DNA of 63,567 nucleotides, counting the filler, from Rhabdomonas costata (Eukaryota): assembly GCA_019059605.1 (NCBI GenBank). It is 47 parts of 47 records of this genome, joined end to end, with 100 filler letters (N's around TTAATTAATTAA, not from the genome) between each part and the next. Parts side by side here need not be neighbours in the genome. Positions count along the whole stretch, not along the records: positions 58,248 to 59,502 come from JAHMHO010021747.1; positions 59,603 to 60,857 come from JAHMHO010021748.1; positions 60,958 to 62,212 come from JAHMHO010021749.1; positions 62,313 to 63,567 come from JAHMHO010021750.1; 43 more parts are not named here. One strand, 5' to 3'. Position numbers and translations under genes: made by a program. This document shows positions 59,481 through 63,567 of the stretch, one piece after another. The notes under the pieces were generated by a model. It was not told the origin of the DNA. It worked only from the letters and a program-made list of their open reading frames with translations, and did not search any database. Positions within the stretch are counted from its first letter, which is position 1; each line of letters begins with the position of its first letter.

Positions 59481-60236
59481 CACACCACCCACACCCAACA
59501 CANNNNNNNNNNNNNNNNNNNNNNNNNNNNNNNNNNNNNNNNNNNNTTAATTAATTAANNNNNNNNNNNNNNNNNNNNNNNNNNNNNNNNNNNNNNNNNN
59601 NNAACTCGAATACACCAATTCCATTTTTCGTTCTGCGTTTTGGTCTTCCCACAGCACCCTTTTACTCTCCCCCAGGTGGCCTGGATGCTCTTACCAATCT
59701 GTGTCTCACAGGGAACTCTGGGGTTGGGACTCAGTTGAAGGGTCATTGGGGCTATTGAACGTTTTCCACCTAGCCGCATTCTCACTTATCACACCTTTGC
59801 TGAGCTGTGAATATTCATGTGGTTTATTTGGGGGTATATGACTTTATTTTGGGGGGGGGGGGAGATGTGAGTTGGGAGAGCGGAGCAGAGTGAAAGACAT
59901 CCACTCAAACCCGTTCTCCTCCCCGATTCGCGTCGTGCACGCCGCTGGCCTCGCTACGCCTTCGTTCGGCTCCGCTGCGATCCTCTCTCTCCGCTTCGCT
60001 TCGGCTTCCTCGGTGCGCTCCGCTCCACTCTCCTACCTTGCAACACCTTCCCCAAGGCAACGTCAGACTGAGCTGAATTCCAAGCCAAATTGCTCCTCAG
60101 ATCTCGGGTTTTCTGCGAAAGCACACTTTCTCTCTCCCTCTCTCTACCGATATTCCCATCGCTAACCTTCCCCACCGGAGAAAAACAGGACTTCTGGAAG
60201 GAAAATTCAAAATTGGGGTGGATGAGGGGGGCAAAC

Positions 60237-60398
60237 CTTCTGCTGGAGCTGGTACATCCATTCATCGGAGGTCTCCGCAGGCCCGGCCATCACCTCGTAG
60301 GCCATCTCCATCTGCCCGTCCCACAACGGGAGCACAGCGGCCAGCCTGCACTGCACACTCTGCTGCACCAGCGAGTGCACCGCGCCGTCCAAAAGAAC
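60237..60398 (-). CDS. Internal exon, probable end of the catalytic domain of a euglenozoan-type adenylate cyclase-like protein
   Basis: 162-nt exon flanked by CTTAG| and AAG|GTTTGC: VLLDGAVHSLVQQSVQCRLAAVL...AYEVM....DEWMYQL. The exon call is solid; the family call is from recall. Confidence 0.5.
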
Positions 60399-63266
60399 CT
60401 AAGAAATCGGAAACTTGTGCGTGTATGTATGGGGGTGGGGGGAACCTAAGAAATGGACAAAATGTGCCTTGAAAAGGTCCAAAGTGGAAATTATCTGAAC
60501 GATTTCTACCCTCAGGCACAAACGGAAAAAAACAGAAAATGAGGCCTTCTGTGAAGAATACATCGAGCGCGGCGGGGTCCGGCTGCTCTTGAGCTGTTTA
60601 TTCATTTTCCTAGCCCCCTGAAAACCTTACGGAATCACTTCCAACATTCACACACACTCCGCCAGGAGCAGGGGGCCCTGAAACCCTCTTGCATTGAGTT
60701 TTGGTGTTCAAGCCCCACATTAGTTCCAGAGGTCCGGAACCTATGCGATACCTTAGTTCCAGCCATTAAGACTAATACAAAAGGACATCACCAAATATCT
60801 GGGAAGTGTGATGGGCCCTGCAGGCCGAATGGGGCAATATTCTACCACCCACCCCACNNNNNNNNNNNNNNNNNNNNNNNNNNNNNNNNNNNNNNNNNNN
60901 NTTAATTAATTAANNNNNNNNNNNNNNNNNNNNNNNNNNNNNNNNNNNNNNNNNNNNGTTTTGGTTGGAGAAACGTAGGTTATTTCGGGTAAAAAGATGA
61001 CTTTTGTTCCCTTAAAGCTTCCGTCGTCTGCGGGGGCTTCGCAATGATGCCAAACAGAAGGCCGAATATAAGCCTTCGAAACATCCGAAGGTTATGTTTG
61101 ATTCAATGGTATCCGAGATCTGAGTGCGAAGCCGCGTCCTTTTTCTTTCTGCTCGGTAGTTCTCCTTTTGGAGCTTGCACCGCTTTCAGGGCAGGGGAAG
61201 ATTTCGGATCTCCACAGTTTTTTGGGCATGTTTTCAGGGTACACGTCCGTTTGTTTGCACAATACAGTGTGTGGGCACTCTATTGGGGTACGCTTGCAAC
61301 TATGGGGCTGTGTGGTTTCGTAGGTGTAGAGGAGGAGCACCTTAGAGGAGCACCTGTGCTATACGTTTCGAGCCACCGAGGCAGCCGGGCCACCTACGCC
61401 TCGGATGATAATTTGGTGAGTGGAGTAGTGGGCGCGCGGAGAGGGGGCTTTTGTTGGGGCGCCAGTTAGGTCGGAGATACAGTTGTGCAGCTTTACATTT
61501 TCTGGGTTTTCCTTTTTTGAGTTCTGATGGAAAATCAAAAGGAAAAAGAAATCTACTCTATTTTTCATCCACCCCCTTCCCTGTTTGGCCACTCATCCCT
61601 CTCTCGTTCGTTTTTCCTTTTCTGCTTTGATCGCCAAAGTACATACAAACGCGAACACACCCAGTCAAAGGAGAGGTAACTGTCCTTAAGTTCCAAACTG
61701 TGACAACACCCTCGATATGGTTTACGAATTTACTGTTATCGCTGATTACCTTTCCCCCTCCCTCAAGGACCATTTTTAGATTGGTGGTCACACTCGAGTT
61801 TCCACGCAAACGCGCGCGCGTAAGCGAATTAGATTGATTACCTTCTTTTCTCTCCTCTGTCCCACTGACATACTTAGACATCCACCCGCAACTGAACCAG
61901 CTCCGTCTCCCCAATTTTTTCTGGGTGTTGTCGAGCTGTCGTGAGTTTTTGGTCCCGTGGAGCACTACGAATGCAGCACTTCTCAGCCGCGTCCTCTCCG
62001 ATGACTCCCAGCTCAAATGAGGTTGTACTCTACCCTTTCGTCGTACAGATTGGGGTTGAGTCTTTCCGCCTCTCTCTTTCGCTCCTCTCAACATCACTGC
62101 CTCTGGTTTTCATCAAATAAATTCCTCTGCTCTTCCTTTTTCTCACCCCCGCACAGCAAAAATATAGAAGAATATTCAAAATTGAAAAACAATAAAAGTA
62201 AAACAAAAACAANNNNNNNNNNNNNNNNNNNNNNNNNNNNNNNNNNNNNNNNNNNNTTAATTAATTAANNNNNNNNNNNNNNNNNNNNNNNNNNNNNNNN
62301 NNNNNNNNNNNNTTGTGTGGGGGTTCAACAATTCGGTCCCCGCAGGGTGAAGGTTGGCTGCGTAGCAGCAGGCAGGAGTACGCGGGGGCACAGCACCGTG
62401 GATGCAGGTCAAAAGAAATCAGCGTGGATAAGCAAATGCGCGTATATGGGAGTGAGTTTAACTGCGCGTCACTTAAAACATGAATTTTCCTATGTGATCA
62501 ACCGCAGGTATAGTACCATGAGCGCCTGCTCCACACCACCGCCAGCTATGACTTTCGGAGTTATTTGTGAGTTGTGATGTGCGAGACCGAGCATGAGTGC
62601 CCATCCATTGAACCGAGGTGAACGTATCCGGGAAGGCATCGGTTTCGGAACTGACACGAACCATGCAGAAATACCAGGAGCAGTAGAGTGGGTTTTTTGT
62701 AAATGTGTGCGTATGTCGGCGTGGTCCACACGATGGCGAGAGCACTTCCTAGCAACATGACCCAATTTTTAGTGGGTCATTCTAGTTATCCAAGACAAAC
62801 CCAACAATGACATCACCACACACCACACCACTGCAACAGAACCCAAAAATCTGCTGCACACACGGGCGCAATGACGACATATAGCCCTGTACACAGATCC
62901 ACACCCAAATGCCAACACAAATGCACATCTGTCCCTTCTGTCAAGCCGAATCAACATGGGCAAGGCATTGCTTTTGTGAACAAATTTCTGCCTGCAGCAG
63001 GGCTTTTGAATACTCTCACGCTGCCTGGCCACCGATACCGGATCACTCGTCTGCGGCTGGGCAGAGGTTCTTGCCAAAACTTCTATTTCGGTTGCGAAAC
63101 TTGCTTTCTGCGCGCGAGGACGTGGACGACGCTCTGGGCAACGTTCAGCGGTCTTTGCGAGGGGAGGCGGGAGATAAGGTAGCAATGAGATACAAACTCT
63201 CTGAGTGTTCTGTGGTTATGGTTTCGCTCAGGTGTGCATACGCAAAGCTTCAGTTTAGCGCACTAC

Positions 63267-63567
63267 ACCGCGGTTCTGCACACACACACTGACACATACA
63301 AATCCACAGGATTACGAAGGAATGCATGCTTCCCCTCATCCGATCCCGACAACAATACCATTCGCCCCCCGCCCCTCTTCCCTTTCCATCTTTCCATCGT
63401 TCTCCCACTCTACGGCGGAGTCATACTGGTGGCCTCCATCCTGCTGTGGGCCCTTTACCACAGGTCTCCCCGGCCTCCGCCCTCTCGCAAACACAAAACC
63501 CCAGTCGGAAATTAAACCGCGGTTCTGCACACACACAACTACAAATCCACAGGATTACGAAGGAATG
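63267..63567 (+). repeat. Tandem duplication (period about 249 nt) containing a probable TM-coding exon at 63310-63463
   Basis: ACCGCGGTTCTGCACACACACA...TACAAATCCACAGGATTACGAAGGAATG occurs at 63267 and again at 63516 up to the window end. The exon reads ...LSIVLPLYGGVILVASILLWALYH. Confidence 0.8.

Noticed and set aside
1257-62312. Regularly spaced TTAATTAATTAA as a biological repeat or CRISPR-like array
   Set aside because: It is always embedded in exactly 44+44 Ns and is an assembly concatenation linker.
1-63567. Gene neighbourhood or operon-like system across contigs
   Set aside because: The contigs are ordered by length, so adjacency carries no biological information.
1-63567. Euglenid non-conventional (non-GT/GC-AG, stem-forming) introns and spliced-leader RNA genes
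   Set aside because: Every junction I could anchor by homology fits GT-AG or GC-AG, and no SL exon was recognised. Absence is not proven without cDNA.

Overview
This window is not one locus. It is 47 unrelated, size-sorted contigs of about 1.24-1.26 kb, joined by 46 artificial 100-nt spacers (N44-TTAATTAATTAA-N44). Many contigs start with a G/T-only run and end with a C/A-only run, and several carry parts of TGTGTTGGGTGTGTTTGG, which points to degenerate-primer whole-genome amplification. The DNA is mostly from an intron-rich eukaryote of about 50% GC. It is probably a euglenozoan such as a euglenid (inference from the kinetoplastid-type UBA1 C-terminus, an amastin/claudin-like protein and cyclase-family fragments). 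Most ORFs in the supplied track are noise; the real genes are 1-3 exon fragments. These include CCT6, a DNAH10-type dynein, USP7, PRP40, UBA1, a PUDP-like HAD phosphatase, a type II glutaminyl cyclase, RRM, EGF, HAUS4-like and Sec24-like proteins. There are also decayed retroelements (Ty3/gypsy-like gag and a CRE-like non-LTR element). The most interesting observations are: (1) three tandem tRNA-like Pol III A/B-box units with paired T-arms but broken acceptor stems (57313-57643); (2) an intronless M1 aminopeptidase of about 20% GC fused to host-like DNA (14101-14818); (3) repeated GC-AG introns and AAG acceptors; (4) an 80-bp perfect inverted repeat. All protein identities come from recalled motifs, not database searches. 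Nothing can be inferred from adjacency across spacers.
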